Shown in pieces: positions 10,383-19,867 of a stretch of 64,000 bases of DNA. Positions within the stretch are counted from its first letter, which is position 1; the number at the start of each line of letters is the position of its first letter. Under the pieces are notes generated by a model. That model did no database searches, had not been told where the DNA came from, and was given only the letters and a program-made list of their open reading frames with translations. This stretch comes from a virus, in IMG/VR virus record IMGVR_UViG_3300007734_000755, positions 1 to 64,000 of that record; one strand, 5' to 3'. Made by a program: the position numbers and the translations under genes.

Positions 10383-10452
10383 GGTGGAATTTACGGGAAT
10401 CGAACCCGTCCGGTCAGCTATATCAGCTGGAGCCTTTATCCATGAGAATCCC
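10383..10452 (-). ncRNA. tmRNA tRNA-like-domain (TLD)-like mini RNA
   Basis: GGGATTC/AAATTCC-A-CC acceptor with G3:U70; stemless D loop with GGAT; T arm ACGGG-TTCGATT-CCCGT. Confidence 0.55.
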
Positions 10453-10458
10453 ATAAGT

Positions 10459-10860
10459 TTATTGTTCTGTAAGTTCGTTAACTTCCTCGAAGGAAACTCC
10501 CTCGGAATAGTAACCGTTGCTTTCACCCTTCCAGCGAATATCAACATAGCCCTTTTGAGTCGCAAACTTGTAGAATGTCCACGTTTGGCTTCGATAATCG
10601 GTTTCGGATTTATTCGTGGAGACCTCTGCGAGACAGATTGGCGAATTCACTAGGAATTCCAATTCACCCTCGATTTCCGTAATGTTTACCGACTCGCAAC
10701 AGTCTTGAATATGACCCATGCGATACGTCTGGCCGGATTCCGTAATGAACTCAATGATATCGTCACCGTCGCTAACACCACGTTGGCAAAAGGCCAGGAC
10801 TTGACCAAGAAGTTCGCCAACATCGGCGTGACGATTAAGGCCATTGTAATTATACTTCAT
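10459..10860 (-). CDS. conserved-looking phage hypothetical protein (HxQDCCExV...NGYYSE)
   Basis: motif-rich 133-aa ORF with GGAG RBS. Confidence 0.7.
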   Translation of the reverse strand: MKYNYNGLNRHADVGELLGQVLAFCQRGVSDGDDIIEFITESGQTYRMGHIQDCCESVNITEIEGELEFLVNSPICLAEVSTNKSETDYRSQTWTFYKFATQKGYVDIRWKGESNGYYSEGVSFEEVNELTEQ

Positions 10861-11073
10861 TCTTAACTCCTTGTTTCTGTTTGGAAACTGGCGGAGTTAA
10901 CCGCATCAGTATTTTATATTGTTCTCGCTGACTTAGATAACATGGCCCCTTAATAGCTAGGGACGAAAGTGACGCACAAGCCGCGCACTTATATAAGCCA
11001 ATACGACCGTATTGCATCCAGAAGTGCTGTTGAATGTTCATCTTTTCCTCAAACGTTATTAATATTGATTTAG

Positions 11074-11158
11074 TGAGGGAAGTTAGATTCGAACTAACTC
11101 CGTTTCATTGTAACGGTTTTACAGACCGCTGCTATTCCACCATCATAGCCGTTCCCTC
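11074..11158 (-). tRNA. tRNA-Tyr(GTA)
   Basis: class II cloverleaf with long variable arm; loop CTGTAAA. Confidence 0.9.
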
Positions 11159-11159
11159 A

Positions 11160-11685
11160 GAATTATGTGTTACTTAGCCTTAAACAACCTACCACTTAGG
11201 TTGCAGATTTTTCACTGTCGCAGCATAATCTGCGGCCCATTCGGGAGCTTGCGCCGGAATTCACTACTATTCCCCGACCTTGTGCCAACATCACTCGGCT
11301 TCTCATCATGCCATTGGGAGCACTATCCGCTAATAACGGAACGTTCATTGATTCTGTGGTTCCGTTTATTCCCGGTCTGGGACATAACGGTTTCCGCAAA
11401 AGGAGCCTAACCATGGGCTACTTCGTGGCGGCTGTGGTATTGTGCTCAAACCCACGAAGCATAGTCGACAATATAATACTGTCGGGTGTGCGCCAATCAC
11501 CACATATTTACCGATGCAACACCACTTGCTAACGCCTCGGAAGTGCGGAGTATTCTAATAAATCCAGTCTACTCTTAGGATAGACCCTTTATCCAAGCAT
11601 CATGTTACACCCAACACGAAAAGCGCCCGCATACCACGGTCTTGGCTTATCGGCCCGATAAGCAAGGGGTTCTAAGCAGTTAAAT
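11160..11685 (-). ncRNA. large structured ncRNA candidate (~530 nt)
   Basis: no credible ORF, lies between tRNA genes, many perfect helices (see findings). Confidence 0.6.
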
Positions 11686-11689
11686 CTGC

Positions 11690-11765
11690 TGGTTCTACAA
11701 GGGAGAGTTGAACTCCCATTTCCCCGCTACAATGCGAGGGTTCTAACCCATTGAACTATTGTAGA
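11690..11765 (-). ncRNA. tRNA-like RNA with 6-nt anticodon loop and encoded CCA
   Basis: perfect acceptor TCTACAA/TTGTAGA, D and T arms intact, CTCGC-ATTGTA-GCGGG. Confidence 0.75.
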
Positions 11766-11906
11766 TTTAACCACTCGGTCTTGTTCACTGGCCGATAAGA
11801 GACTGCACTTACAATGGGTTTGCAACAGACCCGATTAACTCGATTATGCAAACAGCCCACAACCCTTGCAGATTGCAGGCTATTTCCATTCCATCCACGC
11901 TAGGGA

Positions 11907-12731
11907 TTACTCGGCGTCGTCACACACCGGGCAATCCTCAGGAACTTCAGCTGTTTCCGGCTCGGCCTCTTGCGCCTCAACGTCCAGACCATCGGCGGAA
12001 TCCTCAGGCTCATCATTGGCTTTCGCCACACCGACCGCCTCAACCGCAGCGGCAAACGCTTCTGCGAGTTCGGCATTCTCCGCCCGGAGCTTGCGAATCA
12101 AGTCCAGCAGTTCCGCCTTCGTGAGCTTATCCTCACTCTTACCACCGTTTTGGACGAACTCGGCATACGCCTGCTTATTCAGCAGGTTGCCCTCGGCATC
12201 GCATTCACACGCGAGCTTGAGCTTGCTTGGGCGACCAGCGCCGAATTCAGTAACCACACCGTCTTGTAGGAACGTGCGCTTGACCTTGATAACTTTCGCC
12301 TTAGTAACAGTAGCCATTTTATCACCCTTCACTTTGTTATTGTTGTTGTTTTTGATAGTAGCAGCAGAGACTTCCTTAGTCTTTTCAGCGGTCTCTGCCT
12401 TGCGCTGAAATTCATTGCTGACTTCTTGACCGATACCAATGATTTCATTGGCATCCGCCTCGTTCGTAATGCGGAACACGGTAGTTCCGTCAACCAGTTG
12501 CAGTTGACCCACAACCTTGCGGAATCGCAGGTTATGCAACATCGTATTGGCCTTGCCAATCGCCCTCGACATATCGCCATTAACCATCAGGACAATGGCC
12601 TTGCTCGCCGCGACCTTATCTGCCGTCATGCCGTTCTTGGCATCCTTGAGAGTTTCCAGCACCTTACCGTAAGCGACCATATCGCTCCGACCGTAGACCC
12701 ATTTGCCGATTTGCACGTTGTTGCTTGCCAT
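11907..12731 (-). CDS. early hypothetical protein with basic middle, coiled coil and acidic tail
   Basis: 274-aa ORF, GGAG RBS, noticeably GC-richer codons; first CDS downstream of the promoter array. Confidence 0.75.
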   Translation of the reverse strand: MASNNVQIGKWVYGRSDMVAYGKVLETLKDAKNGMTADKVAASKAIVLMVNGDMSRAIGKANTMLHNLRFRKVVGQLQLVDGTTVFRITNEADANEIIGIGQEVSNEFQRKAETAEKTKEVSAATIKNNNNNKVKGDKMATVTKAKVIKVKRTFLQDGVVTEFGAGRPSKLKLACECDAEGNLLNKQAYAEFVQNGGKSEDKLTKAELLDLIRKLRAENAELAEAFAAAVEAVGVAKANDEPEDSADGLDVEAQEAEPETAEVPEDCPVCDDAE

Positions 12732-12786
12732 GTTAGTCTCCGTAGTTCCGTTTGTTGTTTGTTGATACTTGAATTATTCTTTACTT

Positions 12787-12863
12787 TGGCCTGCTTGGCA
12801 GGACTTGAACCTGCAACCCTCGGCTTAGAAGGCCGATGCTCTATCCAGTTGAGCTACAAGCAG
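12787..12863 (-). tRNA. tRNA-Arg(TCT)
   Basis: cloverleaf; loop CTTCTAA; encoded CCA. Confidence 0.95.
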
Positions 12864-13034
12864 ATTTCCTTATTCACACTGTACTAATAGTCTCTCATTA
12901 TGCCACCTCGTTCGGTTTCCCGACTTCGACTTCACTTGAGGTATTAGTACCTTGATTGCATGATGGTTCGTTTCTAGCCCCTTGCGGCGGTAGGCAACCA
13001 TTCATTCTTGCAGAGAACGCAGTTCTCACAATCG

Positions 13035-13070
13035 TATTCAATTATCAAAGTTCTTGTGGCTCTCGACCAC
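13035..13070 (-). promoter_or_regulatory. boxB-like hairpin plus boxA-like antitermination element
   Basis: GTGG-TCGAGAG-CCAC followed by AAGAACTTTGATAATTGAATA. Confidence 0.5.
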
Positions 13071-13076
13071 TTCGGT

Positions 13077-13453
13077 AGCTTACCACCGTTTTTTCTGCTT
13101 GTCAACCCCTCATTTCATTCAGCTTCTTGAGAAGCCGTTTTCATTGAGAGATTTCAGGGACTTTGCAGAACCGCTTGAGTTCTGCTGACTGCCCCAGTGT
13201 ACCACCGTTTTTTACCCTTGTCAACCCCTCATTTCATTGAGTTTCTTGACTTTGTTGGTTTTTTCCGGGAGACCTTGCAGAACCGCTTGAGTTCTGCTGA
13301 CTGCCCCAGTGTAACCTACTTTGGGTCGAGTGTCAAGAGCTGTTTTTATTGGCTTCTTGATAATCATTCGGCTTCTTTTTTTTCTTGGACTTTGCAGAAC
13401 CGCTTAAGTTCTGCTGACTGCCCCAGTGTACCACCGTTTTTTACCCTTGTCAA
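13077..13453 (-). repeat. four tandem ~115-bp promoter units
   Basis: TTGACA-17-TACACT at 13425-13453, 13308-13336, 13196-13224 and TTGACA-17-TAAGCT at 13077-13105; three share the downstream GGGGCAGTCAGCAGAACTYAAGCGGTTCTGCAA. Confidence 0.9.
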
Positions 13454-13613
13454 CAGCTGATTTTATTGGCCTTTGACAAGTAGCAGGAACGGCTAAAGAA
13501 TTCTAAAAGCGGAATTAGACTGGCGCGAAGCCTGTCTCGATTTCCAAGAGCATCTTAGCACGTTCAGCAGAGAAGTCAAGTTGGTTGAAATCATTGAGGA
13601 AGGGTGAGAACTC

Positions 13614-13987
13614 CAACCTGTTGAATCTATTGGGAAAACTCTCAACTGGCTGATAGTTCGTTCCGAGGGCAAACTCCCAACGGATTCAGTCACTTCCAAA
13701 TGCGACTTTCATATCCACTATGAATGCAACTCTGGAGGCAAGTCGTGTAATTTATTGGGCTTCTCGATGAGAGTCGGCAGACCCTTGACAAGGAATCTAC
13801 CTGTGTGCTATAATCAAAGGTAAGTCGAAACGAGATTCGTCTAAGTCCATGATTTCATTGAGGATTGCAACTCTTGATTATTGAAGAGTTTCTTGCGGCC
13901 CGCTGATTTTGTGAGGTATTTCTAACTCGTTGAAAACACTGGTCTCTTCTAAGTCGCTGATTTTTCTATCATTCTAAATCATTGAGC
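13614..13987. promoter_or_regulatory. cluster of IHF-consensus-like sites
   Basis: YAA-N4-YTGATW matches at 13643 and 13950; near matches at 13614, 13842, 13923, 13975. Confidence 0.5.
13785..13814 (+). promoter_or_regulatory. consensus sigma70 promoter on the plus strand
   Basis: TTGACA-18-TATAAT with TG extension. Confidence 0.7.
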
Positions 13988-13989
13988 TT

Positions 13990-15040
13990 TTAGAAGTCCT
14001 TAATATAATAAGAACAAATATTCTTTAACTGTAAACTGAGATCTGTGGATTCCAGTTCGTATACGATTCTATCGTTAGATACGACCATATAAGTTCCTGT
14101 TTCGATATCATATTTCTGCGCAGGATATCTATAACTTGCTTGTGTACTTGTCTCTGCTTCCTTAGCTATAACAACGAATACCTTATCAGAGTAATCTCTT
14201 TCCATATCTATGTCACATAGATCATCTGCTCGAAAAATATATGGAAACAGCATCTTTCTCTTTGAGAAGAGTTTCTTCAGAACTACAACATCGTTTATGT
14301 TATATTCCTTAAGATCTCTGTATATAATACCATTCCCCGTCTTTTCAATCATACTCTCCCCTCTCCCCTACCGGGGGTATAGTAGTGGTGTGGGCACATA
14401 CCCTACCAGTTAGACATAGATTCTCTAAGTTCATTATAGTAACTTAGGTCTTCTGCTGCTTCCTCTCCGGATAATTCAATTATTTCCTCGTCGGGATCAT
14501 AAATTAGAGACTTCTTAACAGCCTTCCCATTCTTAGCCTTGCGTAGTTTCTTTACCTTAATCTCATAAGATTCATCCCTAACCGAGATATTTTTGGACAC
14601 CTTCATTTATCTTCCTTATCTTTTGCGATAATAGCTGCTCCAACACTGAGCAGAAATATTACTGACATTATAGCAACCAATTCCACAGTTTCCATTACTT
14701 TTGCTCCATTATAGTTAATACCCGAAATTCTTGCAATCCATGAATTACTTTATCCAGGTTGTTTCCCGCCTCTCCCAAGACTCTATCTCTCTTTTGATTT
14801 ACAGTCAAGGACGTACTCTTTAATGAAATAAGATTCTGCCTAACAATGTTTAGCTTACCAAGAAGCTCCTCAGACTGACATTTTAATCCCTTGGCTACTT
14901 GCCAATGACAACACCAATCATGAGATTTTACTTGTGGGAACTCGCTATTAAGTTGGTGTGTTATATCAGAAATTTCTCTTAATTGACTCGTCGTTCTGGT
15001 AGAAACATTTGTGGAGGTTCTTGCGTGAACAGTCGGAGGA
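13990..15040 (-). CDS. small hypothetical proteins (13990..14352, 14403..14606 and the Cys-containing ORF ending at 14695)
   Basis: ORF track; RBS-like tracts; start of the last ORF uncertain. Confidence 0.55.
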
Positions 15041-15094
15041 GAACTTCTACATTCTCCCGAATCCTCTAATATTTTATTATAGGCTATACAATCC

Positions 15095-15532
15095 TTACAC
15101 GTATTCATCATCCTCTTCCTCGTCCTCACTAACCTCATGTATAATTTTACATTCTTCACATAAAGTTTGCATCCAACCCTTTTTGTTAGACATTTTGCCA
15201 GGTGAACCACAAGACTCACAGGTCTTTAGTGACGTAAGGCAAGCAAAATCGATAAGTGCTCCGACATATTCGTCACAACCACAAGCATAAATTCTAAGCT
15301 CTCCAAATTTTTCCTTTATTTGAGCAAATTCAACTTGTTGGTAGTCGTGGTTCTCGATTTTTTTTCGATTAACTCTGTGCTGAATTAGGCTACAAAGAGT
15401 GTCCATAATCTCATACCAGCCATCACCACAAGCAATCCCCCAAAACATACACGACTGACTCTCTGGGAGAGATGCCTGTCTAAATAATTCAGGATACTTT
15501 TCATAAAGGGCCTTCTCTAGCTTCTCATTCAT
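15095..15532 (-). CDS. phage hypothetical protein with QIKEKFGELRIY and two CxxC
   Basis: recurrent phage motif GDGW...QIKEKFG...TCESCG...TLCEEC. Confidence 0.7.
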   Translation of the reverse strand: MNEKLEKALYEKYPELFRQASLPESQSCMFWGIACGDGWYEIMDTLCSLIQHRVNRKKIENHDYQQVEFAQIKEKFGELRIYACGCDEYVGALIDFACLTSLKTCESCGSPGKMSNKKGWMQTLCEECKIIHEVSEDEEEDDEYV

Positions 15533-16277
15533 ATACTTTGTTCTCCCCTAGGAACTTAAACTTGTAGGTCTTACAATTTTCCATACCATCAATCACTTCT
15601 CGGGGGTCTAACGAATCTTCTAGAAGATAGTCGTTCAATTGTTCTTCCTTTTCCTCAAAGGAAAGAACTCTATCGTCTTCATCCTTACTTTTGGTTAGAA
15701 TACTATTCAAAAATTCATTGTCGAATAGTTTTTCTTTTAGAATTTCTCTGACAAGATCGTATCCTGTTGATACTGTAATATTCTTACAAAAGAATATATC
15801 TCCGTTGTCAAAAATTTCTTTATACCACCCATCATGACTCTCTCTGTCATCTGTTTCGACGGAAACGTATACCTTAAATTCCTTTACAAAAGAATAACAT
15901 TCTCCATTGTCCCAAGTATAGTCACCAGTATAATCTTCATCCGAAAAACAACAGATAACATCTGTTCCCATATCATTAATGAACTTAAGAAACTTATCTG
16001 GATATGACCAGGCTGTTTGGCCAGAAATTCTAACTTCCTTTTCAGAAATAATTTCTCCTTCAAAATTATCAATGTCCCATTTGGTGCCCCAATTAGCGCA
16101 GAAACAGTCATACCAATTCTTTTCTTCTTCTGGAGGTATCGGCCTTATTAACCCCATAAAGCCTAAATTGGAGCTGCTCCTGTTGGCAGAAATAGTGGCA
16201 TTAAGAATTACTTCCCAAACATCATCAGGACACCTTCCTTTCTTTATATTAATATTTATTCGCGTCCAGTTTGGCAT
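15525..16277 (-). CDS. DUF1281/YubB ferredoxin-like domain protein
   Basis: MPNW start, NWGTKW and TAWS motifs. Confidence 0.7.
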   Translation of the reverse strand: MPNWTRININIKKGRCPDDVWEVILNATISANRSSSNLGFMGLIRPIPPEEEKNWYDCFCANWGTKWDIDNFEGEIISEKEVRISGQTAWSYPDKFLKFINDMGTDVICCFSDEDYTGDYTWDNGECYSFVKEFKVYVSVETDDRESHDGWYKEIFDNGDIFFCKNITVSTGYDLVREILKEKLFDNEFLNSILTKSKDEDDRVLSFEEKEEQLNDYLLEDSLDPREVIDGMENCKTYKFKFLGENKVYE

Positions 16278-16281
16278 GTTA

Positions 16282-16846
16282 TTATCCTAGAGTCCACCAC
16301 TTAGCTAATTCAACATAAAAACCGCAGAGGGTAAGGCACCATCCATCAATGAAGAACTCGTCTTCGTTTCTAACGAAAGACTCTAAAGTTGGCCAAGGAC
16401 GCAAAGGAGTTCCCTCTGTTACCTTCCAACCAAATCTTGCTAATTTTCCTAGTACCTTACTAGAGTTTACCCAAACAAATGCGACTCTATAATCTAGATC
16501 TCCATTATACCTGCGGCTATTATTCTGTAAGCTCATTTCCATTTGTTATCTCCCATCTATAGCTCAGTCTGCTGAACTTGGTGTCAATTATAAACCCATC
16601 CTCGGTTCCTGTCAACTCCGTTGACTTAGGCCAGTTCATATATGAAGTGTCATTCTCCTTTATGCCATCACCCTTAAATTGAATATAGGTAGTGGAAACA
16701 GAATGAACAACTCTGGCCTTGTCTACAGTAGAACCGCAGAACTCAAACATTCTTAGTCTTGTTCCTGGAGTTAGTCTTCGTTTAAGCTCTGCTACTGTTA
16801 GTTTCTTAACCGCTACTTTCTTTGTCTTCTTAACTGTCGCTTCCAT
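16282..16846 (-). CDS. two hypothetical proteins (16282..16542, 16520..16846)
   Basis: overlapping start/stop ORFs. Confidence 0.55.
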
Positions 16847-16849
16847 TTT

Positions 16850-17301
16850 TTATCTCCCTATTGCTGCAATATATTTTCCATGTTTCCAAATTTGAGTTGA
16901 ATGTGCAAAAATTGCTGCTGGACCTTTATCTCTGTGGACCTTGTTCATAAAGAAGTAAAAACACTCCTCTCCTCTTACTACTGCCGGAAGATCGTTATCT
17001 CTATGCGTAAGAGAATTAAGAAGCCATCTAGTTTCACCATCATCTATCACGAGATTAATAATTTTCACAGTGGCTTTCCTTTTTCCCAATACTCACAGTA
17101 TCCATCTGGGGCTGTATAAGCTGGCATTTTTTCTCCCCTATGGCGGAATCCTTCATCCCACCAACCCATTGAACCATCCTCGAGAATTTCTGCTGGCAAG
17201 TCATAATCTCTATGACGGTTTCCGTTCTTATACCACCATACATCTCTCTGAGCTAGAGAAATTAGTTCAACCACCTTACGAGATTTCTCAGAATCGGTCA
17301 T
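16850..17301 (-). CDS. two LHRDNDLPA-family small proteins (16850..17089, 17065..17301)
   Basis: THRDNDLPA/HRDKGPA and RHRDYDLPA motifs. Confidence 0.7.
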
Positions 17302-18446
17302 CCCAACTCCATATCTCTAATTCCAAGACATACCGGGAATCTTGGAATTCCGTCATCGGTAAGCTCCTGAAATTTAATCGTTGCAATTTTCCCAACAAAT
17401 TCTTCTTGATTATCCCAAATATGTTGTCTTTCTTCCTCGGTCATAGCCGGTCTTGCAGAAAAGGTTACCGAGGTATTACAACCAAGAGCTAATCTAATTG
17501 CTCCTGCTGTCTCCGCAAGTTCTTCCCTATCAATACCTACAATTGTATATTCCTCTTGAAGGAATTTCTTATATTTGACTAGCTGGTGTGTCCTCTTTGT
17601 CTCATACCCGCAATTATCTCTGCGGATCATCATTCCCTCGTATCCGTTTCCAGCATATGAATCATGTTGCAACTCTGCATCAACATCCTTAAAAGATTGG
17701 GGGCCGATTGTTGGAGATTTGATTAGAGAAGACTCTTTAAATTTCTGTTCTAGGTCAGAACTCCCAACAATTGAGCACAAATGATTCCATCTTTCACCAA
17801 ACGTCTTATCGGGATCGACAATATCATAGATTACGTATTGAATCTTTTTTGCGTTCTTTGCATCAAAATTAACAGACTTCGACACAATTGAAGATATTCC
17901 CTGAAATGTCATATCGTGTGAATATAGTTCTCCATCAAGAAACCTAAATTTTCTTGCTGAGTTCTTAAGCAAGCCGAGAATGTCCTTGTTAATATGCGGC
18001 AGGCAAGCTATCTTTTTTCCTTGTCTGGAAAAGAGTTCGCCTGTTTCGCAATCTGCGATGCATCTAATACCATCGAACTTCGGTTGATAAAAAACATTAA
18101 CCCTATCGAGGGATTTTGTATCCTCAAAGGCATATGCAAGCATTGGTTTAATAGATGTTCTTTCATCATTTAGCCCACTAGAGAACGACCCGGTAGACGA
18201 GATTAGTTTATATCCAGAATCAATCTTCTTATTCGCCTTAGTTCTTGCCTCACCATCAGCTTGTTCCGAGGGGGTTGTTTCATTTGCTCTACCGATATTC
18301 TTCCCGACTAGTATTGTTTGACATAGAATTTGTGAGTTTCCTCCAACCTGGCCCCATTCATACTCAATATCATTATTGTGAATTCTCGCTTCCCAAAAGC
18401 AAGTTTTCTTACCGGATAATTTCTCTAATCTTATTGATGATTCCAT
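17298..18446 (-). CDS. lig: ATP-dependent DNA ligase with N-terminal WGR-like domain
   Basis: QPKFDGIRC (motif I), LDGELY, YEGMMIR, KYKKF, PRFPV. Confidence 0.92.
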   Translation of the reverse strand: MESSIRLEKLSGKKTCFWEARIHNNDIEYEWGQVGGNSQILCQTILVGKNIGRANETTPSEQADGEARTKANKKIDSGYKLISSTGSFSSGLNDERTSIKPMLAYAFEDTKSLDRVNVFYQPKFDGIRCIADCETGELFSRQGKKIACLPHINKDILGLLKNSARKFRFLDGELYSHDMTFQGISSIVSKSVNFDAKNAKKIQYVIYDIVDPDKTFGERWNHLCSIVGSSDLEQKFKESSLIKSPTIGPQSFKDVDAELQHDSYAGNGYEGMMIRRDNCGYETKRTHQLVKYKKFLQEEYTIVGIDREELAETAGAIRLALGCNTSVTFSARPAMTEEERQHIWDNQEEFVGKIATIKFQELTDDGIPRFPVCLGIRDMELG

Positions 18447-18455
18447 TTTTTTTTC

Positions 18456-18692
18456 CTATTTTTTATAATTTTCCGAAATGCGTTCTCCATTAGTATACCA
18501 AAATTCCGCCACCGTAGTTATGATTGCTGGGCCATCATCTCTGTGGAGCTTACCATATTGATACCAATATTCTGCACCACCGCCTATATGGGCCGGTAGA
18601 TCATTATCTCTGTGAAGATCTCCGTTCTTATCCCAACTAACTATTTTTTTTCCAGTATTACTAAATGAGATAATAAGGATTATTTGCTTCAT
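18456..18692 (-). CDS. LHRDNDLPA-family small protein
   Basis: LHRDNDLPA and LHRDDGPA repeats. Confidence 0.7.
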   Translation of the reverse strand: MKQIILIISFSNTGKKIVSWDKNGDLHRDNDLPAHIGGGAEYWYQYGKLHRDDGPAIITTVAEFWYTNGERISENYKK

Positions 18693-19102
18693 AACTTCAT
18701 CATTTCAAATTGATTATGACCAGATGAATAAAAGACTCTCTTAACTCCCACAAATTTCATTGCTTCCTGGCACATGAGGCAGGGACGAGAATTACGAAAC
18801 TCACCAAAGATATTGGTTCTTACAACATAAACGTCGGAGTTAGCTGTATTTTCTCTGCCCATATTAAGAATAGCTCCCAACTCAGCGTGCAAGGTTGCCA
18901 ACCCAATGTTTCTTTCTCTGAATCTTTCACCGAACGAGCAGGACTTATTCTTGTTACAACTCGCATTTAATACGGAGCCATGTCTTACAAGAACAGCGCC
19001 GTGATTAAACTTCCCATAATCCGAAATTCTTGCCATTCTAGATGCGAACTCAAAAAACCGCATATTCCTTCCGACTGGTGCTATCTCAATGGCATTTCTC
19101 AT
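18689..19102 (-). CDS. cytidine/dCMP deaminase-family protein
   Basis: HGAVL, HAE and PCLMC zinc motif. Confidence 0.85.
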   Translation of the reverse strand: MRNAIEIAPVGRNMRFFEFASRMARISDYGKFNHGAVLVRHGSVLNASCNKNKSCSFGERFRERNIGLATLHAELGAILNMGRENTANSDVYVVRTNIFGEFRNSRPCLMCQEAMKFVGVKRVFYSSGHNQFEMMKL

Positions 19103-19556
19103 TAGTCCTCTATAGATTCAAAACGATCACTTTCAATAAGCTCAATAAGTTCCCCAATCTCCTTTACAACCTTAATCATTTTAAAGTAATGAGGAGGCAT
19201 TGAGACTGTATTTTCTGAAGACATTTCTATCTCCATTCTCTTGACTGCTAATTCTGTTTCCTGAAACAGGACTTCTGAGCAGGTTTCAAAAGCCTCTCTC
19301 ATTCTCCTAATAGAATCCTTCTTGTTTAGATAATAAACATATCTGGTGCTTTTGTTACTCATCTTCTACTCCGCTCTCGCTATAACATGAAATATCTGGT
19401 TGATAAATATCCTCGATATCCGTCTTGAATTCGCACCAAAGACAAACTTTATCATGGTTAACATCTTTTTCGTCGTGTTCAATTTTACATTTCTTACAAA
19501 GAACTAACATGGAGGATCCTTCTATACAGAGACTATATCAGGAGACATCATTTAGG

Positions 19557-19817
19557 TCAAGCAGCGAAATTAACAAATCTTCCATAAGTATAGAACATAC
19601 CTCTCCCATCTGGAGATATAATCGCAGGGCCGCCACTCCTATGTATATTTGAGTTATATCTCCAAATATACACTTCATCATAAAAAACTTGGGCTGGTAA
19701 ATCGTTATCCCTGTGTAATTGATAATTGTATCCTGCCTTTCTAAACCATGACCATTTACCATCTGCTCCATGATGGCTAACTGGATAAATGATTTTTTGT
19801 ATTAATTTTGTTTTCAT
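19557..19817 (-). CDS. LHRDNDLPA-family small protein
   Basis: LHRDNDLPA and IHRSGGPA. Confidence 0.7.
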   Translation of the reverse strand: MKTKLIQKIIYPVSHHGADGKWSWFRKAGYNYQLHRDNDLPAQVFYDEVYIWRYNSNIHRSGGPAIISPDGRGMFYTYGRFVNFAA

Positions 19818-19867
19818 CTGTCCTGTGTTATGAGCGGAAAAGTCACTTAATAAACCTCTCCTGCCAT

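Noticed and set aside
10383-10860. Full-length tmRNA
   Set aside because: The matching 5' acceptor strand lies only 70 nt from the 3' end and the upstream sequence is an intact protein gene, so there is no tag reading frame
11196-11414. 72-aa minus-strand ORF
   Set aside because: No RBS, lies within the densely base-paired ncRNA candidate
13159-13430. CRISPR mini-array (three ~41-nt palindromic repeats)
   Set aside because: Spacers are ~70 nt and partly homologous to each other, each unit carries TTGACA-17-TACACT, and no cas genes are in the window; tandem promoters explain it better
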